Origin: a virus
Lineage: Duplodnaviria > Caudoviricetes
Direction: 5' to 3' (one strand)
IMG/VR virus record: IMGVR_UViG_3300027887_000046
Span: 1 to 25,323 of that record
DNA: 25,323 nt
The notes under the pieces are model-generated. The model ran no database searches and was not told the origin of the DNA. It was given only the letters and a program-made list of their open reading frames with translations. Positions 16,691 through 23,927 of the stretch are shown piece by piece. Position 1 is the stretch's first letter, and each line of letters opens with the position of its first letter. A program made the translations under genes and the position numbers.

Positions 16691-16691
16691 A

Positions 16692-16904
16692 CTAATAATC
16701 CTTGTGCCATAAAGGACATACACCACGCTTGATGGCTTTAAGATGCCAGCAACCCTCACCGGTGGTTGGGGAATTTAATGCATCGCCTTCGCTCTGGAAG
16801 TTATATCGGTTGTAATGACAGTCAAGGCAAACAGTATTACGATATTGAACTTGCTTCATCATGCTTATTCTATGTTTCTTTTTAGTGATCTTTGTTTCTT
16901 CCAT
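16692..16904 (-). CDS. Small Cys-rich hypothetical protein
   Basis: 70 aa with CLDC...GCWH...CP. Confidence 0.55.
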   Translation of the reverse strand: MEETKITKKKHRISMMKQVQYRNTVCLDCHYNRYNFQSEGDALNSPTTGEGCWHLKAIKRGVCPLWHKDY

Positions 16905-16905
16905 C

Positions 16906-17745
16906 TCACACCCACCTCTTGTCTGGCTCTCTCGCTCCCATCGGCCAGCTAGTTACTAATGTTCTGCCTTGCGGATCTGTAATATCTTCCCAATTCAGGA
17001 TCTTCGTCACGTTAAACCTGCCTACTTTTTCGATACCCTCAGCAAGGATATAGCCGCAGCGCAGCATAGGCTTATACCCATCCATTGCAGGGGCAAAGTC
17101 ATAATTTCTCCCCAGGCTTTCTTCTAATGCCAAGCCAGCTTCGTAGCGAGCTCTCTTGTTTTCGTTGCCCAATATCTCAAAAGCTTCTTTCAGCCTGATA
17201 AACTTCTCGCCTGCGTCTGGCTCTGTGCATACGTCAGGGTGCCACTGTTTGGCTAGTCTCCTGTAGGATTGCTTGATCTCTTCTGGTGTTGCCGATCGGG
17301 AAAGACCCAACACGCCATATAAAGTTAGCGCACTGGCTTGATCGGTCATGCCCGTAAACCATTGCAATAACACGTTTTCTGGGAACACTGCCGACCAGTC
17401 GCCCTGGTCGTCTAAGCCTAAAGCAGTGCGCACGTCATAACCTGGTCGATCTTTAGTCCGGCCAACATAGTGGATCGTTAGGATTTTTATCTCGGGTTGG
17501 TTGTCAACTTTGATCTGCGGCACCATGATGTTTTGATTTAGATAACACAAGACCATCTTGGCAACCAGATCGCCGTGATGCGGAGCGATCACCCAGGCTT
17601 TTCTCAGACCGTCAAACTTTCTCTCATTTGCCGGGATCTGGCTTTTTAACGCAGAGACTAGTCCAGGATCATATGAACTGTATAAAATTAGCGATCCATT
17701 TTCTTCTGTGAGCTGTGCAGGGGAGGGTGTGCGATAGTGTCTCAT
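16906..17745 (-). CDS. J-domain (DnaJ-type) protein with N-terminal HARP-like domain
   Basis: LYGVLGL...EIKQSYRRLAKQWHPD...FIRLKEAFEIL...KRARY is a complete J-domain with HPD; the N-terminus reads YDPGLVSALK.IP...RKFD...KAWVI. Confidence 0.85.
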   Translation of the reverse strand: MRHYRTPSPAQLTEENGSLILYSSYDPGLVSALKSQIPANERKFDGLRKAWVIAPHHGDLVAKMVLCYLNQNIMVPQIKVDNQPEIKILTIHYVGRTKDRPGYDVRTALGLDDQGDWSAVFPENVLLQWFTGMTDQASALTLYGVLGLSRSATPEEIKQSYRRLAKQWHPDVCTEPDAGEKFIRLKEAFEILGNENKRARYEAGLALEESLGRNYDFAPAMDGYKPMLRCGYILAEGIEKVGRFNVTKILNWEDITDPQGRTLVTSWPMGAREPDKRWV

Positions 17746-17748
17746 TTT

Positions 17749-17844
17749 TTATCTCACCAGAATGTAAATACTGAGTGCTATAACGACCATATAAAGAATG
17801 ACAATTAAAGAGAAAAAATAGTCCTTTGGGTATTTGTGGTACAT
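17749..17844 (-). CDS. 31-aa single-TM peptide
   Basis: MYHKYPKDYFFSLIVILYMVVIALSIYILVR; AAAGGA RBS; ends 3 nt before the J-domain gene. Confidence 0.55.
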   Translation of the reverse strand: MYHKYPKDYFFSLIVILYMVVIALSIYILVR

Positions 17845-17863
17845 CTCGTTATCCTTTCAACTT

Positions 17864-18020
17864 GCCTGCCCCGCCGAACAGCCAATCCTTTCGGCTTGTC
17901 GCTCGTCATACGCTCCGTAATCTGTATAGCGAGGCAGGCTTGTGCAAAACGGCTGGCGGGACTGGATACTCTTGGATATCTGCAACCGGTAACCAATCTG
18001 TACGGCTACAGACCAGCCGC
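17864..18020 (-). ncRNA. Candidate structured RNA (two multi-stem domains)
   Basis: GCGGCUGG/CCAGCCGU closes a UCUGUA/UACAGA hairpin; the 11-bp GCCUGCCUCGC/GCGGGGCAGGC stem closes two internal hairpins. Confidence 0.5.
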
Positions 18021-18040
18021 AATTGCTAAACTAAACATAC

Positions 18041-18934
18041 TTACCCATCCACCAACGCCTCGTGATGCAATAACTTCCCAATCACCTGGATGCTCTCATC
18101 TGTCTCCGGGATCACACCACCACTTAGGTTCAAGACCGCGTCAACGCCGAATTCCGTCACGAGCTCATCAAGGTTATATTGCTTTTTAGCTGCCGTTTCG
18201 AAAAGTTGGGATACCATCGGTGATACTGGCGGCTTGGCTGCTTCCCCACTTTGCAACCATTCCAGGACGGGGGTCATAAAACTAGGTCCAGGCTTTTCGA
18301 CCTGTAAATCAGCAACTACTGAACAACGACTCTTGCTGACTTTCATGATATGCGCCCAATCCATGTCACAGACCAAATCAAATTCATACTCCATTTGGGG
18401 ACGCTGGATAGGAGCCATGCCAACTTTGCGTATCGTGACCTTATTGGTCTGCGGATCAATTTCCTGCACGTATTCCATCCGTGACCGCATGCAGGTGATC
18501 ACGTGGCATGGGCTTTGCAAGATCGCGTCAATCATCCGGTTATGTATCGGTGTCACCGCCCGCCAGGCCGTCCACTGGTTGCCACCTTGCCTATCTTTAA
18601 TTTCCAAAGCTCCACCTACACCCTCCCAGGCATGGGAGAGAGAGTCAATCACTAACACCGCATACCCAGCCTTACCTGCCTGGTTAATCAGGTCCGTGTA
18701 CTTTTCCGGCGAGAAGCTCGTGAGCTCAACAACGTCAAACTGCCACGGCACACCATCTGGACTTTCACCCACATACTTGCTCGCACTGCCCCGCTCCGTG
18801 TCGATATAAGCGATCCTGCCGCCGTTAGCCAGCGCATGTGCGAACCGTAGGGCCGTATAAGTTTTTCCGCTCCCTGCGGGACCGTCGATTGTCATCCGTA
18901 ACCTGCTTTGATTCCGTACTGCTGGACGAAACAT
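18041..18934 (-). CDS. AAA_24/Sak4-like ATPase (recombinase/annealase)
   Basis: GPAGSGKT, YIDTERGS, LVIDSLSHAW and EYEFD motifs. Confidence 0.85.
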   Translation of the reverse strand: MFRPAVRNQSRLRMTIDGPAGSGKTYTALRFAHALANGGRIAYIDTERGSASKYVGESPDGVPWQFDVVELTSFSPEKYTDLINQAGKAGYAVLVIDSLSHAWEGVGGALEIKDRQGGNQWTAWRAVTPIHNRMIDAILQSPCHVITCMRSRMEYVQEIDPQTNKVTIRKVGMAPIQRPQMEYEFDLVCDMDWAHIMKVSKSRCSVVADLQVEKPGPSFMTPVLEWLQSGEAAKPPVSPMVSQLFETAAKKQYNLDELVTEFGVDAVLNLSGGVIPETDESIQVIGKLLHHEALVDG

Positions 18935-19698
18935 TACTTTACCTCCTCCTGAAATACATCCAAAATAATCTGATCCTGGCTGTTCGTTGACAGCTCCAGG
19001 TCCTGCCCTTCCTGTAATCCCAACATATTCCTGATTTTCTTTCGTGCCGCCATTCCCAGTGGGCAGCCGGTAATCTCTAAATCAGTTATTCCCGATAATG
19101 CGTGTGCCGGGATGTTGGCCGACCAGGTCATGAGTTGCAGCGCGTGTTCTGGACCCACGCCTGGCAAACTCGCCAAAAACGCTGCGCCCGCGCCTAAGAT
19201 ATGTGGTGGCCGGGGAGGAATGATCTTGATATCTTTACGGTCACGCTTACTCAGCCGGATCACACAAGACTCAAAGTCAGAGTCATCCCCTGCATATACC
19301 ACCATTACCCCCATTTCCTGAATCGTCAAAAGTGCACCTTGTACTGAGTTCCAATCCCAACCTGTGATTCCTCTTTCTCCGGTTACTATCTTACCGTTGG
19401 GACCACGATATAATGCGCCGGTGATCACCAGATAAGGCCAGGTATTGAGTAAGCCGTTGGCCTGCTCATCCAGCCGGATCTGTGCCATGCGCGCCATTTG
19501 GGGCAAGAGTCTGTCATCCCGCAAAGAGTTTAATAAATCTTCCGGGGTCTTGCGTTCGATCAATAACGTGCAACCATCGTCGGTCAGAGCCTGAATATCA
19601 CCGGTCTCTAAAGCAATCACGGCTGTTGGCACACCCTCAAACTTGAGCTCCTGGATCCAGGCTGGCTCTCTTGAGTCGATCATCACCGCGGTGATCAT
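18934..19698 (-). CDS. ERCC4/XPF-family nuclease with helix-hairpin-helix
   Basis: IDSREP, GDI, IERKTPED (ERKxxxD) and LPGVGP HhH motifs; start at 19698 via ATGA overlap. Confidence 0.88.
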   Translation of the reverse strand: MITAVMIDSREPAWIQELKFEGVPTAVIALETGDIQALTDDGCTLLIERKTPEDLLNSLRDDRLLPQMARMAQIRLDEQANGLLNTWPYLVITGALYRGPNGKIVTGERGITGWDWNSVQGALLTIQEMGVMVVYAGDDSDFESCVIRLSKRDRKDIKIIPPRPPHILGAGAAFLASLPGVGPEHALQLMTWSANIPAHALSGITDLEITGCPLGMAARKKIRNMLGLQEGQDLELSTNSQDQIILDVFQEEVK

Positions 19699-19934
19699 GA
19701 CAAATACCTCTTGACCCACTCCATCTCCTGATGATTCAAGGCGCCGCCTGGCGCATTAATGCGCTTGCGCAGCTCGATCACAATTTCTGGAAATGCTCCT
19801 TCCAGCTGCTCCAGGTTATCAGTATCCGCAAACCTGATGGCAGCCATAAGAAGAGAGTAAAACTCATTACCCGGACCGAATGTATTGACTTTCGCTGCAA
19901 TTTTTTGGCTTGTTACATAATCTTGAATGCTCAT
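19695..19934 (-). CDS. Phage hypothetical protein
   Basis: 79 aa; FYSLLMAAIRFADTDNL..L..AFPE...EL..R.NAPGG. Confidence 0.65.
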   Translation of the reverse strand: MSIQDYVTSQKIAAKVNTFGPGNEFYSLLMAAIRFADTDNLEQLEGAFPEIVIELRKRINAPGGALNHQEMEWVKRYLS

Positions 19935-19958
19935 TATTTCCTACCTTTCTTTACCTAT

Positions 19959-20033
19959 CTATCGCCAAAGGACTCGAACCTTTATCAATGCAGCCTTCTG
20001 TAGGGCCGCGCTCTGCCATTGAGCTAGGAGATA
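19959..20033 (-). tRNA. tRNA-like gene with 8-nt anticodon loop (CU-ACAG-AA), no encoded CCA
   Basis: TATCTCC-TA-GCTC-AATGGCA-GAGC-G-CGGCC-CTACAGAA-GGCTG-CATTGAT-AAAGG-TTCGAGT-CCTTT-GGCGATA-G folds into a cloverleaf with one acceptor-stem mismatch. Confidence 0.75.
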
Positions 20034-20071
20034 AGACTATTCAGTTGTTTTTCTCCATTTGCTCACGATTT

Positions 20072-20218
20072 CGGGGAACATCCCCGCTTAGGTTGCAATA
20101 ACCTAAGATTGTTGATAATAGGCCAGGGTGATTGGCTTCACCTCTCAGGATGGCTGATCCTCCCAAACGTACAATTACGCTTTTCGCCACTATCACATAT
20201 CCTCGTTTGGCTGGCCTA
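20072..20218 (-). ncRNA. Candidate structured RNA (four-way junction plus two hairpins)
   Basis: UAGGCCAG/CUGGCCUA encloses CCAAACG/CGUUUGG, AGGAU/AUCCU and GGUGA/UCACC; then CUUAGGUU/AACCUAAG and CGGGGA/UCCCCG hairpins. Confidence 0.55.
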
Positions 20219-20222
20219 GTAA

Positions 20223-20381
20223 TCACTTCTTCCCGGTGACCTTGTAATACTCGTCCATCATTTCAAGCCCGCTCTTGTAGGCTTTATCCGCGATCTCCCG
20301 CGAATTACCACCCCGGCAGATCCTCGCCAAGGCTAGCAACAACATCACCACGATGCTCAATAAAATTCCTTCGCCGCTCAT
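20223..20381 (-). CDS. 52-aa single-TM protein
   Basis: Hand translation: MSGEGILLSIVVMLLLALARICRGGNSREIADKAYKSGLEMMDEYYKVTGKK. Confidence 0.55.
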   Translation of the reverse strand: MSGEGILLSIVVMLLLALARICRGGNSREIADKAYKSGLEMMDEYYKVTGKK

Positions 20382-20384
20382 TGA

Positions 20385-20471
20385 TCACCAACTTTCGCCG
20401 GTGGATTTGGTGTGGGAAAGTGCCCACGCGGTCAAGCCTAAAATTACGATAATGCCAATCACTGTAAACAT
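20385..20471 (-). CDS. 28-aa single-TM peptide
   Basis: MFTVIGIIVILGLTAWALSHTKSTGESW; strong AAGGAGG RBS. Confidence 0.6.
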   Translation of the reverse strand: MFTVIGIIVILGLTAWALSHTKSTGESW

Positions 20472-20480
20472 ATTGCCTCC

Positions 20481-20621
20481 TTAAAGATCATGGTCTTTTA
20501 TTTTTCTGATTGCTTCATCCATCATCAAATCTCTTTCTTGTGCTGAATAACATAAGGCCATAACGAGAACACCGAGATTTGCACCTATAAAAAGTCCTAA
20601 GATTAACCCGACCCAAAACAT
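20481..20621 (-). CDS. 46-aa single-TM protein (DUF3789-like)
   Basis: MFWVGLILGLFIGANLGVLVMALCYSAQERD...; Gly-zipper TM; alternative start at 20648. Confidence 0.6.
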   Translation of the reverse strand: MFWVGLILGLFIGANLGVLVMALCYSAQERDLMMDEAIRKIKDHDL

Positions 20622-20652
20622 AGCCTTATCTTCTTTGTGCTGATCCATTGCC

Positions 20653-20806
20653 GCAGGTCGGTTTCACCTGCCCATTAGGGATGGGGAGCTCCAAAGATCA
20701 GCACACCGGGGAGCTCCCCATCCAGGAGACATTGAGCTTTAGATTGACAGAAATAAGAGTGTGCTCAATGGCTCCTGGATTTGGGCAGGTTACAAGCCTG
20801 CCCAAA
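20653..20806 (-). ncRNA. Array of four hairpins downstream of the SSB-like gene
   Basis: Stems at 20653-20671, 20679-20723 (14 bp perfect), 20720-20780 and 20780-20806. Confidence 0.55.
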
Positions 20807-20809
20807 AGT

Positions 20810-21526
20810 CTAAAAGGGTATCTGGTCGGTAATTAGCTCCAAAACTTCGGTGCTGTACTCCGTAAAGTATTTAGCTAATAATGGCTGCTGTGCGATCATG
20901 GGAGCTAAAATTTCACGGGTTTTATCCACGTCGCCGTTGGCCTTCTTCCAAGCGTTTTGCACGTATGGCTTTAAGAACTTTAGAGCTGTCTCGTGTTCTT
21001 TATTGCCATTGCCTGCGGCTGGCTGAGGAGGTGTTACAGAAGGTCCAGACCCATTTCCACCCTTCGCCGCTCGGCAAGCTGCCTCGTTAGCATAGATCGC
21101 CGTGAACTTGAACGTGGTGGCATGCTTTGTCTCGTTGTTCTGGTTGACGTACGTCCGCCCGGTATCGACCATTTCACACTTTACCCAGGCGTTGTTGAGC
21201 TCCTGTAGGGTGTTGATGCCCAGTGCCTTCATCGAAGGCAGGATTACGTCCGGCCACTCGCCAAATTCGGCAATGCAGGTGCGCGTGATCGGGTCAATGG
21301 GCTGGTCCGTGATCGCCGCCAGGCTAAGGTCGATGGCTGTGTATCTGCGAGTAGGATTTCCTGTGTTGGGGTCGAGCTGGTTAGGGTCATAAGGACTCTT
21401 GCCAATACCCTTAACGAGCGAGCAAAACCAGGGGTTGACGGTGATCTGCCCAAACCATTCAGAGCTTTGCTCTGGCGGGTTCCAGGCGGTTGCCCAGGGG
21501 TCTAAAACTTGCGTTTGATTACTCAT
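20810..21526 (-). CDS. Single-stranded DNA-binding-like protein
   Basis: Beta-rich N-terminal domain, Gly/Pro linker and C-terminal DQIPF resembling the SSB DDIPF tail; in a recombination module. Confidence 0.6.
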   Translation of the reverse strand: MSNQTQVLDPWATAWNPPEQSSEWFGQITVNPWFCSLVKGIGKSPYDPNQLDPNTGNPTRRYTAIDLSLAAITDQPIDPITRTCIAEFGEWPDVILPSMKALGINTLQELNNAWVKCEMVDTGRTYVNQNNETKHATTFKFTAIYANEAACRAAKGGNGSGPSVTPPQPAAGNGNKEHETALKFLKPYVQNAWKKANGDVDKTREILAPMIAQQPLLAKYFTEYSTEVLELITDQIPF

Positions 21527-21740
21527 GATTTATTTCTCCTTTTTTGATTTTCTCTTCCGGCCTGACTGGACCGGCTAATATAAATGTGTTGTTGCCAAGA
21601 TGCACTTCGTAGATATGCTCAGGGTCACGGTTATAAAGAGCTCTAAACCTGGCCCGAATTTCATCCTCGAGATCGCTAACCGTAAACTGCCGCCACAGGT
21701 CCCGGGGGATTGAGTCACCGTTGATCACTTCGATAGCCAT
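21519..21740 (-). CDS. Hypothetical protein
   Basis: 73-aa ORF overlapping the downstream start. Confidence 0.6.
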   Translation of the reverse strand: MAIEVINGDSIPRDLWRQFTVSDLEDEIRARFRALYNRDPEHIYEVHLGNNTFILAGPVRPEEKIKKGEINHE

Positions 21741-21742
21741 AT

Positions 21743-22096
21743 TCAGCCTATCTTTGACGCCATAATAGGATTGTCGATGCTTGCAAACTCCGCATCACGC
21801 TTTTTACGTGCGTTTGTGTTTGCATCGTTCATCAAACACGGTCGGCAAATACCTTTTTTGGTAATCAAGTTCACCATCTTATGGCAGCGCGGGCATTCAA
21901 ACATTTCAGCGTTTGTGTCCTTGGTGATGCTGTTCAACAGTTGGTAGATTATCTTATTGCTGGTCTCGATCTCCAGCACTTCCCGCTGCGTGATCTGGTT
22001 AGGGAAAACGCCTTCGAGCATGGTAAGCAGGTCTTTTACCTTTGTCAGCTCTTTGGCGTTCCCGTTTTTATTTATCGATACTTTCATTGTTTTCAC
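21743..22096 (-). CDS. Hypothetical protein with CxxC...CxxC zinc finger
   Basis: FECPRCHK...GICRPC. Confidence 0.6.
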   Translation of the reverse strand: MKTMKVSINKNGNAKELTKVKDLLTMLEGVFPNQITQREVLEIETSNKIIYQLLNSITKDTNAEMFECPRCHKMVNLITKKGICRPCLMNDANTNARKKRDAEFASIDNPIMASKIG

Positions 22097-22295
22097 TCCT
22101 TGATCCTACTGAATTAAGTTTGATTTCGATTTCCCTGAGAGCTTCCATCACTCTTGCCATCCGTCTAAGTAATTCCGGGTTATCCACATCGTCTAGAGTC
22201 TCTGTCAGTAATCTACGACTCTGCCGCGCCAGGCTGATACAGTCCAGCCTCGCCCAATCAGCATTATTCGGCCAGCGTTTGGCTTTCGTTGCCAC
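22068..22295 (-). CDS. Hypothetical helical protein
   Basis: 75-aa ORF in the early operon. Confidence 0.5.
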   Translation of the reverse strand: MATKAKRWPNNADWARLDCISLARQSRRLLTETLDDVDNPELLRRMARVMEALREIEIKLNSVGSRSENNESIDK

Positions 22296-22611
22296 GTTTA
22301 GCCTCGGCTCGTAATCGCTGAATTTCGTGTTCCCGTTCCCTTACATGCCGCCAGATCGACCCTAAAATCATGGGTAAACCTGAGCAGATAAATGCACCAG
22401 TGGTGATCAGTGCGAACTGCCAGCTAATCACCACCGTTGCACCCAATGTCACTGCTACCCCGAATGCCACGAAGAGACTCATGTAGCCTTTTGTATATCC
22501 ACGGCGTTCCGACCAGGCAATTAGAGAGTTATATCCAAAGCCAAACAGGATCAACGCCATATACAGCGATGCTAAAATGCCCAGATCAATCCCGGATACT
22601 TGCCCGATCAT
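22264..22611 (-). CDS. Three-TM membrane protein
   Basis: Three hydrophobic helices and a charged C-terminus; GGGAG RBS. Confidence 0.65.
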   Translation of the reverse strand: MIGQVSGIDLGILASLYMALILFGFGYNSLIAWSERRGYTKGYMSLFVAFGVAVTLGATVVISWQFALITTGAFICSGLPMILGSIWRHVREREHEIQRLRAEAKRGNESQTLAE

Positions 22612-22685
22612 GTTTTATGGCTCCCGATGATCTAAGATATTCTTATGTTCAAGTTTTTGGGTTATAATCATTTAGTTACCTTTCC

Positions 22686-22725
22686 TTTCTCCTCAGGTAT
22701 GGTTCGCGGCCCACCTGGGGAGAAA
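22686..22725 (-). promoter_or_regulatory. Hairpin downstream of the cro-like gene
   Basis: 13-bp stem TTTCTCC(T/C)CAGGT...ACCTG(G/A)GGAGAAA. Confidence 0.4.
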
Positions 22726-22729
22726 TTGT

Positions 22730-22867
22730 TTAATCCAGGTCTGCTTCTAAAACCTGGTTGACATTCTGATATGAGGCAATGGCCTCTAACTCATGTTCTT
22801 CGCTCTCCTGCTCCAGCCATCGCTCCACGGCCTGGAGCAGGTTGATTAATGCATCTATGTTAGGCAT
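22730..22867 (-). CDS. 45-aa acidic hypothetical protein
   Basis: MPNIDALINLLQAVERWLEQESEEHELEAIASYQNVNQVLEADLD; AGGAG RBS; overlaps the cro-like stop. Confidence 0.55.
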   Translation of the reverse strand: MPNIDALINLLQAVERWLEQESEEHELEAIASYQNVNQVLEADLD

Positions 22868-23123
22868 CTAGAGTCTCCTGTGCATATAACTCTGGCTTTA
22901 AAACCGCCAAGCATTCCAGCGCCATATCTCTCCGCCAGTCATCGTATAAGAGGGTGATAACCAGAAGAAAATAATAGCCTGGATTCTGCGTGCCATTTTC
23001 CCAATAAGAGACGGATTGCTTGGTCAGGTCTCCGCCGGGTATGTGGACAAGCGCATCGGCAAAAGCTTGTTGGCTGAGTCCTTGCTGCTCTCTGTATTTC
23101 TTAATAATTTCCGGGATTGTCAT
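22860..23123 (-). CDS. Cro-like XRE HTH regulator
   Basis: IKKYREQQGLSQQAFA...TKQSVSYWENG..NP XRE signature; first gene of the early operon. Confidence 0.85.
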   Translation of the reverse strand: MTIPEIIKKYREQQGLSQQAFADALVHIPGGDLTKQSVSYWENGTQNPGYYFLLVITLLYDDWRRDMALECLAVLKPELYAQETLDA

Positions 23124-23170
23124 AAGCTCTTTTCGTCTCGCCGTGAATAATAAATCTTGTAGTGACGCTG

Positions 23171-23199
23171 ATTAAAGCACTACATGCTTATTTTGTCAA
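23171..23199 (-). promoter_or_regulatory. Early (PR-like) promoter
   Basis: TTGACA-17 bp-TTTAAT with extended TGn on the minus strand. Confidence 0.75.
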
Positions 23200-23204
23200 G
23201 GGAA

Positions 23205-23233
23205 TTGACATAACAGTTTTGATATGTGATAAT
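23205..23233 (+). promoter_or_regulatory. Repressor (PRM-like) promoter
   Basis: TTGACA-17 bp-GATAAT; its -35 is back-to-back with the other promoter (TGTCAA-gggaa-TTGACA). Confidence 0.75.
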
Positions 23234-23257
23234 TGGATAAAAGAGAGGAAGGATCGG

Positions 23258-23617
23258 ATGGAAGAACGCGAAAATATGACTCCATTTCAAATGTTTCTGG
23301 TAGATAAATTTCTCGAATACCAGAACCAAAAAAGAAAACCCGTATCTGATAATGAGTTTGCAAGATGGTTAGGGGTGAGTGCCGGTTCTTTCAATGCCTG
23401 GATTAACGCCAACAGAACACCGGATTTCAGTAATGCAGTAAAACTATCAGCACGGCTGGGGCCTGAGGTATTTGACTTGCTTGGTTTTCCCCGTATCGTT
23501 GCATCTCGTTCTCCCCAGCTGCGCTATATCGTGGAATTTTGGGAAGAGCTGGATACTGAAATGAAAGAGCTAATCTATAATCATGTAAAGGAGGAAGTGA
23601 CAAAAAGAGGAAAGTAA
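23258..23617 (+). CDS. CI-like XRE HTH repressor (no S24 peptidase domain)
   Basis: EFARWLGVSAGSFNAWINANRTP HTH; divergent from the cro-like gene; start at 23258 or 23276. Confidence 0.8.
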   Translation: MEERENMTPFQMFLVDKFLEYQNQKRKPVSDNEFARWLGVSAGSFNAWINANRTPDFSNAVKLSARLGPEVFDLLGFPRIVASRSPQLRYIVEFWEELDTEMKELIYNHVKEEVTKRGK

Positions 23618-23641
23618 TCTTTGAGAAAGGAGGTGGTAAAT

Positions 23642-23773
23642 ATGAATTTATCCAGCCAAGATAAATTGATTTATGTCGCTCAAAATTGGCTGAAGATTTC
23701 GCCATTAATGCGTTATCGCATTGTATTTATCACGTGGCGTCATCTTGTCCGGCTGCGCCGGAGTTTTTTTTAG
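23642..23773 (+). CDS. 43-aa basic peptide co-transcribed with the repressor
   Basis: AAAGGAGGT RBS; MNLSSQDKLIYVAQNWLKISPLMRYRIVFITWRHLVRLRRSFF. Confidence 0.6.
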   Translation: MNLSSQDKLIYVAQNWLKISPLMRYRIVFITWRHLVRLRRSFF

Positions 23774-23777
23774 GGTA

Positions 23778-23927
23778 GGCGAGATTTTTTAAGCACGGTT
23801 TGGTAAGTTATTATATGGGGCAAAAATATAGAATCACGGCGAGATTTTTTGTGCAACCTGATAGCTTTTGATAAGTATCATTCAGGTGTTCGTCACGCGA
23901 GAAGAAAAAAGCACGGTGAGATTTTTT
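23778..23927 (+). repeat. Three direct copies of GGYGAGATTTTTT
   Basis: GAGATTTTTT at 23781, 23841 and 23918, each preceded by GGC/GGT; copies 2 and 3 extend to CACGGYGAGATTTTTT. Confidence 0.7.

Noticed and set aside
17805-17996. 63-aa ORF from the track
   Set aside because: It overlaps the structured RNA and a better-supported 31-aa TM ORF with an RBS.
18090-18809. Long plus-strand ORF (239 aa) and other antisense ORFs such as 337..894, 2986..3408 and 3083..3601
   Set aside because: They are antisense shadows of well-supported minus-strand genes and have no recognisable motifs.
20128-20160. Hammerhead ribozyme (CUGAGAG on the minus strand)
   Set aside because: There is no GAAA after the following stem and no appropriately placed cleavage triplet.
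20041-20226. 61-aa ORF from the track
   Set aside because: No convincing RBS or protein features; the region is better explained by dense RNA stems.
22758-22790. Plus-strand promoter at TTGACA
   Set aside because: No -10 hexamer at 16-18 bp spacing.
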